Positions 1 to 9,374 of a DNA stretch of 16,180 bases are shown in pieces; positions within the stretch are counted from its first letter, which is position 1; every line of letters begins with the position of its first letter. Origin of the DNA: Octopus sinensis (lineage: Eukaryota); NCBI RefSeq assembly GCF_006345805.1, contig NW_021825240.1, positions 1-16,180 of the forward strand, read 5' to 3'. The notes beneath the pieces are model-generated. The model did not search any database, was not told the origin of the DNA, and saw only the letters and a list, made by a program, of their open reading frames with translations. The position numbers were made by a program, and so were the translations under genes.

Positions 1-217
1 GGATATTTATGTAGATGTAAGCTACATATTTGACGTGGTGTTGGGTTAACCTCAGGTTTTCTATGCTGGGCTACCCAGGTGCATCCGACTAATTCATCCA
101 TCCCTGTACTAGTTTTTCTCATTTTTTCATTCATGGAAATTTACTCTTCCAGCCTTTATTTGCATTATTTACATTATTTACATTCGACGGATATGTGTCC
201 TCATCTTGTTTGTTGTT

Positions 218-263
218 AACACAACGTTTCGGCTGATATACCCTCCAGCTTTCATCAGGTGTC
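218..263 (-). ncRNA. Minimal type I hammerhead ribozyme motif (copy with a weakened stem II base)
   Basis: Minus strand reads GACAC-CTGATGA-A-AGCTG-GAGGGTATAT-CAGCC-GAA-ACGT-T-GTGTT. Stem I is GACAC/GTGTT, the core is canonical, stem III is the palindrome ACGT, and the cleavage triplet is GUU. The first pair of stem II is an A.C mismatch. Confidence 0.7.
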
Positions 264-310
264 TTGGGGAAATTTCGAACGTGAGTTCTCATTCCTAAGG
301 TATTTTTCGA

Positions 311-312
<2 letters not shown>

Positions 313-361
<49 letters not shown>

Positions 362-452
362 TATTATTATTATTATTATTGTTACTATTACTATTATTAT
401 TATCATTATTATTATTTTATTATTATTATTATTATTATTATTATCATCATCA
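313..452 (+). repeat. (ATT)n microsatellite inside the HHR element spacer
   Basis: Near-pure ATT run with a few ACT/ATC/GTT interruptions. Confidence 0.97.
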
Positions 453-470
453 TTCAGGTCACTGCCCCAA

Positions 471-516
471 GACACCTGATGAAGGCTGAAGGGTATATCA
501 GCCGAAACGTTGTGCT
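471..516 (+). ncRNA. Minimal type I hammerhead ribozyme motif
   Basis: GACAC(471-475)-CTGATGA(476-482)-A-GGCTG(484-488)-loop-CAGCC(499-503)-GAA-ACGT-T(511)-GTGCT(512-516). Stem II is an intact 5 bp, stem III is palindromic, and stem I has one A.C mismatch. Confidence 0.78.
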
Positions 517-659
517 GACAACAAACAAGATGAGGACAAATGTCCGTCGAAAGTAAATAAAGTAAATAATGTAAGTAGTGTACATAATCCCTAATCTCTT
601 AAATATAGAATTGTATCTTCCAGCCTTGTTATTGATATGTTCTTGTTGGCGATGATTAT

Positions 660-743
660 CACGCGTCGCCCAGTCAGGTATTCGAACCTACGATCTGGCG
701 ATCGTGAGTGCAGCTGCCTAACCATTAGGTCACGCGTCTTCAC
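660..743 (-). mobile_element. tRNA-derived SINE head fragment, related to the 11920-12170 family
   Basis: Minus strand has an A-box-like TGACCTAATGG and a B-box-like GGTTCGAATACC, followed by GGGCGACGCGT (compare GGGCAACGCGT in the 11920 copy). No acceptor stem can be formed, so this is not a tRNA. Confidence 0.7.
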
Positions 744-769
744 TAATGATGATTATAATTTTGATAATA

Positions 770-1166
770 GGCGCAGGAGTGGCTGTGTGGTAAGTAGCTT
801 GCTAACCAACCACATGGTTCAGGGTTCAGTCCCACTGCGTGGCATCTTGGGTAAGTATCTTCTGCTATAGCCCCGGGCCGACCAATGCCTTGTGAGTTGA
901 TTTGTTAGACGGAAACTGAAAGAAGCATGTCGTATATATGTATATATATATATGTGTGTTTGTCTGTGTTTGTCCCCCTAGCATTGCTTGACAACCGATG
1001 CTGGTGTGTTTATGTCCCCGTTACTTAGCGGTTCGGCAAAAGAGACCGATAGAATAAGTACTGGGCTTACAAAGAATAAGTCCTGGGGTCGACTTGCTCG
1101 ACTAAAGGCGGTGCTCCAGCATGGCCGCAGTCAAAATGACTGAAACAAGTAAAAGAGTAAAAGAGT
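770..1166 (+). mobile_element. tRNA-derived SINE, family X (GGCGCAGGAGTGGCTGTGTGG head, CORE-like central segment, internal TA/TG microsatellite), full length
   Basis: A box TGGCTGTGTGG, B box GGTTCAGTCCC, CTTGGG(T/C)AAGT central motif and (AAAGAGT)n tail. Colinear with the copies at 12902-13290 and 15718-16160. Confidence 0.92.
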
Positions 1167-1170
1167 ATAT

Positions 1171-1203
1171 CTACTTTAGGCACAAAGCCCGAAATTCTTG
1201 GGA
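1171..1203 (-). mobile_element. Short 3'-tail fragment of a family Y2 SINE
   Basis: The reverse complement CCCAAGAATTTCGGGCTTTGTGCC resembles CCCAAAAATTTCTGGCTTTGTGCC in the tail of the unit at 11430-11629. Confidence 0.45.
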
Positions 1204-1662
1204 ACATGCTGTTTGTAAGGCACTTGTAAGTTTTAGAGACGGCTTGTTGTGGACTTGTAGCTTTCGTTGTTCCCCAGAGTTTTCACTCGCAGGAACAAAT
1301 ATTTCTGTATGTCATGAACAAAATTTTGAGTTGGCATTCTACAGTTGGTCGTCCTTAGTAATGGGATTTGAATAGGAATGAGATCTGAGCTGTGAGCGAG
1401 TGATGGTGATGCTGAAGAAGTTACCAGAAAGATAGGAAAAAATTTGCCAAAGCTGCGTCAAACATTGCAGTTCTTCGAATTTAATGTTATAGAGAATTTG
1501 GAAGAAATGTAATTCTAAAACTAAGAAGTTAGAAAGAGAGAGAAAAAAAAAGAAGTGCAGAAAGTAAAAAAGAAGAAAGACAGGCAGTGAATCCGACGTG
1601 CAGACAGATTTATTGATAATATGACGGAAACGTTTATAAGGAAGCTCAGATAAGATACGTAA

Positions 1663-1663
<1 letters not shown>

Positions 1664-1726
<63 letters not shown>

Positions 1727-1743
1727 GTAGGTAGGTAGGTAGG

Positions 1744-1786
<43 letters not shown>

Positions 1787-1843
1787 GTAGGTAGGTAGGT
1801 AGGTAGGTAGGTAGGTAGGTAGGTAGGTAGGTAGGTAGGTAGG

Positions 1844-1911
<68 letters not shown>

Positions 1912-2011
1912 GATTTAGATAGATGGATAGATAAATAGATAGATAAGTAGATAGATGGATAGACAGGCAAGCACACAGACAGACAGCTAGCTAGCTAGAT
2001 AGATAAATATT

Positions 2012-2059
<48 letters not shown>

Positions 2060-2163
2060 GATTTAGATAGATAGATAGATAGATTAGATAGATAGATAAG
2101 TAGATAGATAGATAGATAGATAGACAGACAGAGACAGCTAGATAATAGATAGATAGATAGATT

Positions 2164-2230
<67 letters not shown>
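1664..2230 (+). repeat. Compound (AGAT)n/(AGGT)n tetranucleotide array
   Basis: Directly visible. AGGT blocks at ~1726-1745 and ~1785-1845, with AGAC/AGCT variants in the 3' half. Confidence 0.98.
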
Positions 2231-2232
<2 letters not shown>

Positions 2233-2397
2233 AAGTACGAAGAGAAAGAAATTAAAAGGAATTATATCCAATACAGATTTAGGGATGATTCCATGATCTA
2301 AAAACGTGTCTTGTCTTGTGTCATATACACCTGTCTTTGCCTGTAGCCAACTTGACCCTATCAATAAAATTTCTGCTTGATGTTACGATAGACAAGG

Positions 2398-2413
2398 ATT
2401 ATTATTATCATTA

Positions 2414-2447
<34 letters not shown>

Positions 2448-2452
2448 CATTA
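2398..2452 (+). repeat. (ATT)n microsatellite
   Basis: Directly visible. Confidence 0.95.
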
Positions 2453-3050
2453 TATTTTTGTGGCTTTCTGCTTCTCTACCAGCTTAGAAAATTCCCATGC
2501 TCGCCATCTTTTGAATTCATTTTCTTTGTAAACTTACCTCGTATTTGCCTACCGCAACAGCTTTTCAATTCATTATTCTTCATTTTTTCCATTGAGTTTC
2601 CAATGTCATCTCTCCTTTTCTCTGCATTTATCTTTATCTTCAGTCATCAAACCACCGCTTTAAGGCAACTCTACAGAGTCGAGTCAAATTCAAGGCTTAC
2701 CGCAGTTCTATCTTAATGTCAGATCATTAAATCTATTCTGCGTCATATTCAAAAATATAAACTGCATCTCCCTACAGCTTTCTGTTTTCCCTCCATCTCT
2801 CATTCTCTCTTCGTCTCTCTTTCTCAAACACACACTCTCTCTCTCTCTGTCTTTTTCTCACTCTCTCTCCTCCTCCACTTTCACTCTATATCTTAGTGTA
2901 TATAGCATAGGGATATTTTTTCTTTACTGTGATGGAAAGGCTCTTTTGAAAGTAACGAATCTTTCGCTTTTCGTATTCTCATGGTACTGAACATGCGAGA
3001 TCTTATGGTTAACTAAGATTCTCTTCTGGTTTCACTTAGCTTGTAACATA

Positions 3051-5500
3051 ACACACACACACACACACATACATTCATGCATATACATACACAGATGCTC
3101 AGAAACATACATGCACACATTAAATACACACATACACAGACAAGCACGCACGCACGCACGCACGCACGCAGCGCACACTTCATACATCATGCACATACAC
3201 AGATGCTCAGAAACATACATACACACATACACAGCACGACGCACGCACAAGCACGCACGCACGCACACATACATTCATGCATATACATACACAGATACAC
3301 AGAAAACATACATACGCACATTACATACACACATACACAGACACGCACGACATCACGCACGCACACATACATTCATGCATATACATACACAGATGCTCAG
3401 AAACATACATACACACATACACAGACACGCACGCACGCACGCACGCACCATACATTCATGCATATACATACACAGATGCTCAGAACATACATACGCACAT
3501 TACATACACACATACACAGACACGCACGCACGCACGCACGCAACACATGCATTCATGCATATACATACACAGATGCTCAGAAACATACATACACACATAC
3601 ACAGACACGCACGCACGCACGCACGCACACATACATCATGCATATACATACACAGATGCTCAGAAAATACATACGCACATTACATACACACATACAGACA
3701 CGCACGCACGCACGCACGCACACATGCATTCATGCATTACATACACAGATGGCTCAGAAACATACATGCACACATTACATACACACATACACAGACACGC
3801 ACGCACGCACGCACGCACACATACATTCATGCATATACATACACAGATGCTCAGAAACATACATATGCACATTACATACACACATACACAGACACGCACG
3901 CACGCACGCACGCACACATACATTCATGCATATACATACACAGATGCTCAGAAACATACATACGCACATTACATACACACATACACAGACACGCACGCAC
4001 GCAACACATACATTCATCATGCATATACATACACAGATGCTCAGAAACATACATACGCACATTACATACACACATACACAGACACGCACGCACGCACGCA
4101 CGCACACACCTTACATTCATATGCATTACACACAGATGCTCAGAAACATACATGCACACATTACATACACACATACACAGACACGCACGCACGCACACAT
4201 ACATTCATGCATATACATACACAGATGCTCAGAACATACATGCACACATTACATACACCATACACAGACACGCACGCACGCACACATACATTCATGCATA
4301 TACATACACAGATGCTCAGAAACATACATGCACACATTACATACACACATACACAGACACGCACGCACGCACACATACATTCATGCATATACATACACAG
4401 ATGCTCAGAAACATACATGCACACATTACATACACACATACACAGACACGCACGCACGCACACATACATTCATGCATATACATACACAGATGCTCAGAAA
4501 CATACATACACACATACACAGACACGCACGCATGCACGCACGCACACATACATTCATGCATATACATACACAGATGCTCAGAAGAAACATACATACGCAC
4601 ATTACATACAACATACACAGACACGCACGCACGCACGCACGCACACATACATTCATGCATATACATACACAGATGCTCAGAAACATACATACACACATTA
4701 CATACACACATACACAGACACGCACGCACGCACGCACGCACACATACATTCATGCATATACATACACATATGCTCAGAAACATACATACACACATACACA
4801 GACACGCACGCATGCACGCACGCACGCACACATACATTCATGCATATACATACACAGATGCTCAGAAACATACATACACACATACACAGACACGCACGCA
4901 TGCACGCACGCACACATACATTCATGCATATACATACACAGATGCTCAGAAACATACATACGCACATTACATACACACATACACAGACACGCACGCACGC
5001 ACGCACGCACACATACATTCATGCATATACATACACAGATGCTCAGAAACATACATACGCACATTACATACACACATACACAGACACGCACGCACGCACG
5101 CACGCACACATACATTCATGCATATACATACACAGATGCTCAGAAACATACATGCACACATTACATACACACATACACAGACACGCACGCACGCACACAT
5201 ACATTCATGCATATACATACACAGATGCTCAGAAACATACATGCACACATTACATACACACATACACAGACACGCACGCACGCACGCACGCACACATACA
5301 TTCATGCATATACATACACAGATGCTCAGAAACATACATGCACACATTACATACACACATACACAGACACGCACGCACGCACGCACGCACACATACATTC
5401 ATGCATATACATACACAGATGCTCAGAAACATACATGCACACATTACATACACACATACACAGACACGCACGCACGCACACATGCACGCACACATACATT
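3051..5500 (+). repeat. Minisatellite, ~26 units of 83-108 bp built from CA/CATA/GCAC motifs
   Basis: The marker GATGCTCAGA (or a close variant) recurs 26 times from 3094 to 5418. Unit length varies with (GCAC)n number and with presence or absence of a 13-nt GCACATTACATAC module. Confidence 0.97.
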
Positions 5501-5948
5501 AATGCATATATATATACAGACGCACAGACACAAACATACACGCATACACAGACATGCGCACGCACACACACACACAAACACACATACACATTCATGCATA
5601 TACACACACACACTCAGACACATACGTATATATATATATATATATATATACACACTTATATACGCACAAATACACAAACGCATATGGAAAGAAAGAAATA
5701 CACACATACACAGACACGCACGCACACACGCACACTAACACACATACATTCATGCATATACATACACAGGCGCTCAGACACATACATACACACATACACA
5801 GACAGGCACGCGCGTCGCACACACGCACAAACACACATACACACTCATGCATATACATACACACACAGACACATACGTACATATATACACACATACACAC
5901 TTACATACAAATACACAACACTTACATACAAATACACAAACACGTATG
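5501..5948 (+). repeat. Degenerate minisatellite units grading into CA/TA low-complexity sequence
   Basis: Decayed markers (GACGCACAGA, CACTCAGA, GGCGCTCAGA) and CATTCATGCATATAC are retained. Confidence 0.85.
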
Positions 5949-5950
5949 GA

Positions 5951-5982
<32 letters not shown>

Positions 5983-6058
5983 AGGAGGAAAAGAAAGAAA
6001 GAAAGAAAGAAAGAAGAAATGAAAAAGAAAGAAAGAAAGAAAGAAGGAATGAAAAGTA

Positions 6059-6090
<32 letters not shown>

Positions 6091-6311
6091 AGGAATGAAA
6101 AGTAAAGAAAGAAAGAAAGAAATAAAGAAAGAAAGAAAGAAAGAAGAAATGGAAAATAAATAAACAAAGAAAGAAAGAAAGAAAGAAAGAAGGAATGAAA
6201 AATAAAGAAAGAAAGAAAGAAGGAATGAAAAATAAATAAATAAAGAAAGAAAGAAAGAAGGAATGAAAAATAAATAAATAAATAAATAAATAAAGAGAGA
6301 AAGAAAGAAAA
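5949..6311 (+). repeat. (GAAA)n/(TAAA)n array with a recurrent GAAGGAATGAAAA interruption
   Basis: Directly visible purine tract. Confidence 0.97.
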
Positions 6312-6766
6312 GAAACTCCAAGAGCTATTCGATAGCATTTAGTGGAGCAGATTCTATAAAATACATTCACTTTTGTTGCTAATTATTTTTGATAATAAAC
6401 CGTTTCAACTTTCATTTTCTTATTCTAAATCTTTTTGGCATGCTAAGCCTTAAAAAAATTTTTAAATGGTACCCGATTCTTCTCTCACCTATACAATTGA
6501 AGTTATTAATAAAACAATTTCTTTCCTTCGTATTTTTCTATTTTTATCGCGCCTTTGGAGTTCTTGTCTAATCTATTGACAACGTTTACGAAAAGCTTTT
6601 CAATGTACATTTTGTTAACTTTAATATTATATCTTTCAGGTTTACATGTTGTCATTTGTTTGTTTTATGGGGGATTTTTTCAGGTCTTATCAGGTATACA
6701 TCGCTTTATAATTTTAAGAATTGCTTCTCGAAAATTTTATCGACTTCATTGGCATACACATGTAAC

Positions 6767-6797
6767 TATATATGTATATATATAATATATATATATT

Positions 6798-6838
<41 letters not shown>

Positions 6839-6853
6839 ATATACATATATATA
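6767..6853 (+). repeat. (TA)n microsatellite
   Basis: Directly visible. Confidence 0.95.
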
Positions 6854-6997
6854 TAAAGTAGTTGTATACTGTCAACTTAATGTGACAGTCCCATGAAGGC
6901 CGACAGGAAGTGCTGCTGCTTCCTAGGGCTAAATAGCAGTAGTATGATTCCTTTCATGGGACTATCACATTAAGTTGATAGTATACAACTACTTTAT
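6853..6997. repeat. Inverted repeat: 47/48-bp arms with a 50-bp spacer
   Basis: 6853-6899 ATAAAGTAGTTG...CCCATGAAGG versus 6950-6997 CCTTTCATGGG...CAACTACTTTAT. Two substitutions and one 1-nt indel. Confidence 0.93.
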
Positions 6998-7118
6998 CGT
7001 ACCACTACTGCATAAATCTCTCTAATATATTTAGAAATGTATTATTTATATACACACATAATCAAAAATAAGCAGCAGGAATGACTCCGGTAATTTGGTA
7101 CAATTGTTTCGCACTACA

Positions 7119-7124
<6 letters not shown>

Positions 7125-7185
<61 letters not shown>

Positions 7186-7315
7186 ATATATATGTGTGTG
7201 TGTGTGTGTATGTATATATATGTGTGTGTGTGTGTGTATGTATATATATGTGTGTGTGTGTATGTATATATATATGTGTGTGTGTGTGTGTATGTATATA
7301 TACATATATGTATGT
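7125..7315 (+). repeat. (TA)n/(TG)n compound microsatellite with ~26-30 bp higher-order periodicity
   Basis: Repeated TATGTATATATA(TG)n blocks. Confidence 0.95.
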
Positions 7316-7943
7316 AGGGATCTAGCTTGACCCTGCCTGAGATTTGAAACCAAATTTACCTGCTTCTCGCTTGTCAAAACAAGAGGGAAGCTCTCTCCAC
7401 ACTAGATGATTGATTAGGAAACACTCGACCCCCTAGGACCTGTGCTGGTCAAGGAAATGTCCTTTGTTTAGGGTTTGATCTACATTAGTGACCATAGTCT
7501 ATATAATAGAGAATTTCCTATCTCTTCTGCTTTTGCGTCAGTCAAACCAAGGAGCAACACGCTCTTTGCGTCAGCCATGACCACGAGCAGCACTTCCCTC
7601 GGCCGCAAGAAAGACGATGCCACTTTTATCCTTTCTTCCTTTCTAGTCATCACCGTGCATTCCTTACTCTTTCACTCTCTACTGACAGACAACATTTTTC
7701 TACACTATCAACTACTAAGCAGCGAGCCAACCTTGTTGTCACTATCACTAGAATTGCTACTGTCTCTTTAACTACATGTCGGGCAAACGAATAAACATAT
7801 GTAAATAATATTTCTTCCTTCTTTGTGTTGATATTTCGATGTTTACTCATACTCTGTAGCGAGAACCTTGAAGCGTTACATCTACAAGCTACATTTCGTA
7901 GACGGCTACAGTATACCAACCCGAAGCATAACATTAGCCGCTA

Positions 7944-7963
7944 CATATCTATCTATCTGCCTG

Positions 7964-8048
<85 letters not shown>

Positions 8049-8104
8049 ATATATATAGACTATATATATGTATATATATATATATATATATTTATCTATC
8101 TATC

Positions 8105-8141
<37 letters not shown>

Positions 8142-8220
8142 CTATCTACTATCTATCTAATCATCTATTATCTCCTCTCTCTCTCTCTCCTCTCTTCTCT
8201 CCTCTCTCTCTCCTCTCTAC
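7944..8220 (+). repeat. (ATCT)n, (TA)n and (CT)n compound array
   Basis: Directly visible. Confidence 0.96.
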
Positions 8221-8231
8221 ATATTTTTATA

Positions 8232-8435
8232 TACAGCACGGATTTTTGTCAGTGAACAGGTCGCGGATTTTAGCGACGAAAATATTTTGACAAATTAAAC
8301 TTAAATGTTGAAGTGAATCGAACGGCTTTTGTGTGTTTCTTAAATGGCTTACAAACACCTTCCACGCTGCAATTGTTTTCGTTCCAGCACACGATCTCAG
8401 ATCAAATTACTTGCTATGCGAGACATCTCCCTAAA
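8232..8435 (+). mobile_element. Putative solo pLTR-like fragment of a second HHR-bearing (Penelope-like) family
   Basis: An island of non-simple sequence between microsatellites. It begins with an HHR fold and continues ~140 bp to a (TA)n tract. Boundaries are approximate and no TSD can be resolved. Confidence 0.55.
8245..8294 (+). ncRNA. Minimal type I hammerhead ribozyme motif with variant G3:C8 core (GUGAACA)
   Basis: TTTGTCA(8245-8251)-GTGAACA(8252-8258)-G-GTCGC(8260-8264)-GGATTTTA-GCGAC(8273-8277)-GAA-AATATT(8281-8286)-T(8287)-TGACAAA(8288-8294). Stem I is a perfect 7 bp, stem II a perfect 5 bp, and stem III is palindromic. Confidence 0.72.
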
Positions 8436-8750
8436 TATTATATATATATATATAATATATATATAATTATATATATATAAGTATACTAATAAAAGGGTTC
8501 AGCAAAGAACTTAAGTAATACTAATAAAAAGTTTTTCTTTTTTTAAGAAAAACATAAATCCGGAGGAGAAGAGCAGTCTATATTTATTATTGCTGAAGGC
8601 CGGTTTAGTGTTACCTTTATGGCGTATCTTCAAACTCTAAGACCTGTTGGCCTGTGGCCTCTAAAATATGGAGGGGGAAATGATACAGATATAAACAATG
8701 GCGATTATCTCCCTTTGCTGCTGGTCATCGGCTTCTGGCATATTAGACTC

Positions 8751-9012
8751 ACCATCATCATCATCATCAACCTCATCATCGGTCTCATCCTCATCATGAT
8801 CAGCCATAGCATCCCAATCACTATCAACATCGCCATCATCATCATCATCAGCGGCAGCGTCACCACCTCCATACCACCATAAACACCTTTATCATCATCA
8901 ATGTCAACATTTATGAACTACGAAGTACACTTGCGTTTGCCACGATCACAACCCCCACCGCCACATATCATCAGCCTCCAAAGATCACCATTACCAAGAT
9001 CATCATCATCAT
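8751..9012 (+). repeat. Degenerate (CAT)n/(CAC)n trinucleotide low-complexity tract
   Basis: CAT-rich cryptic simplicity. Confidence 0.8.
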
Positions 9013-9143
9013 TAGCAGCAATAGAAGAGGCGGTGGTGGCGGCAGCGTTAATTTCTATTCCACTGTCCGCCATCGGAATCTTGGTCATGGCTTAAAAGGT
9101 CAACCACGGTTCATATATACCAACAAAAAATGGACGCCAGCAT

Positions 9144-9374
9144 ATATTTCTTTACTACCAACAAGGGGCTAAACACAGAGGGGACAAACAAGAACAGACA
9201 AACGGATTAAGTCGATTACATCGACCCCAGTGCGTAACTGGTACTTAATTTATCGATCCCGAAAGGATGAAAGGCAAAGTCGACCTCGGCGGAATTTGAG
9301 CTCAGAATGTAACGGCAGACGAACTATGGCTAAGCATTTCGCCCGGCGTGCTAACGTTTCTGCCAGCTCGCCGC
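9144..9374 (-). mobile_element. tRNA-derived SINE, family Y1 (GGCGGTGAGCTGGCAG head), full length
   Basis: The reverse complement gives GCGGCGAGCTGGCAGAAACGTTAGCAC...CAAATTCCGCCGAGGTCGACTTTGCCTTTCATCCTTTCGG...TTTAGCCCCTTGTTGGTAGTAAAGAAATA. Colinear with 11197-11429 and 14353-14570. Confidence 0.92.

Larger units (their letters stand above)
157..615. mobile_element. Non-autonomous Penelope-like (pLTR-derived) insertion: two divergent ~110-bp arms each carrying a hammerhead motif, bounded by a 12-bp TSD
   Basis: Arms 160-269 (-) and 465-574 (+) are near-identical reverse complements (CCCCAAGACACCTGATGA...GTAAATAATG). The spacer 270-464 contains (ATT)n, and the right arm has a 41-bp extension (575-615). 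The direct repeat TCTTCCAGCCTT lies at 145-156 and 616-627. The PLE assignment is inferred from the minimal HHR plus inverted-pLTR layout. Confidence 0.8.

Noticed and set aside
131-489. ORFs with poly-Ile/Leu/Asn/Tyr
   Set aside because: They are translations of the (ATT)n tract inside a mobile element.
660-743. Possible tRNA gene on the minus strand
   Set aside because: A and B boxes are present but the acceptor stem cannot pair. It matches the head of the SINE at 11920.
2534-2680. Possible minus-strand exon ending at a consensus donor (GAG|GTAAGT near 2539)
   Set aside because: All frames from the nearest plausible acceptor contain stops and the peptide is unrecognisable. A single donor-like hexamer is expected by chance.
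3051-5500. CRISPR-like array
   Set aside because: There are no unique spacers (whole units repeat), no cas genes, and the context is eukaryotic.
3077-6022. 981-aa, 875-aa and 741-aa His/Thr-rich ORFs and the nested Cys/Val-rich antisense ORFs
   Set aside because: All three plus frames are open simultaneously because the CA-rich minisatellite lacks stop codons. Frequent 1-nt indels shift frames with no sign of constraint.
8619-9095. Ile-rich plus ORFs and an antisense Asp-rich frame with a GTGAGT donor at 8747-8752
   Set aside because: Explained by a degenerate (CAT)n tract. There is no polypyrimidine acceptor and no recognisable domain.
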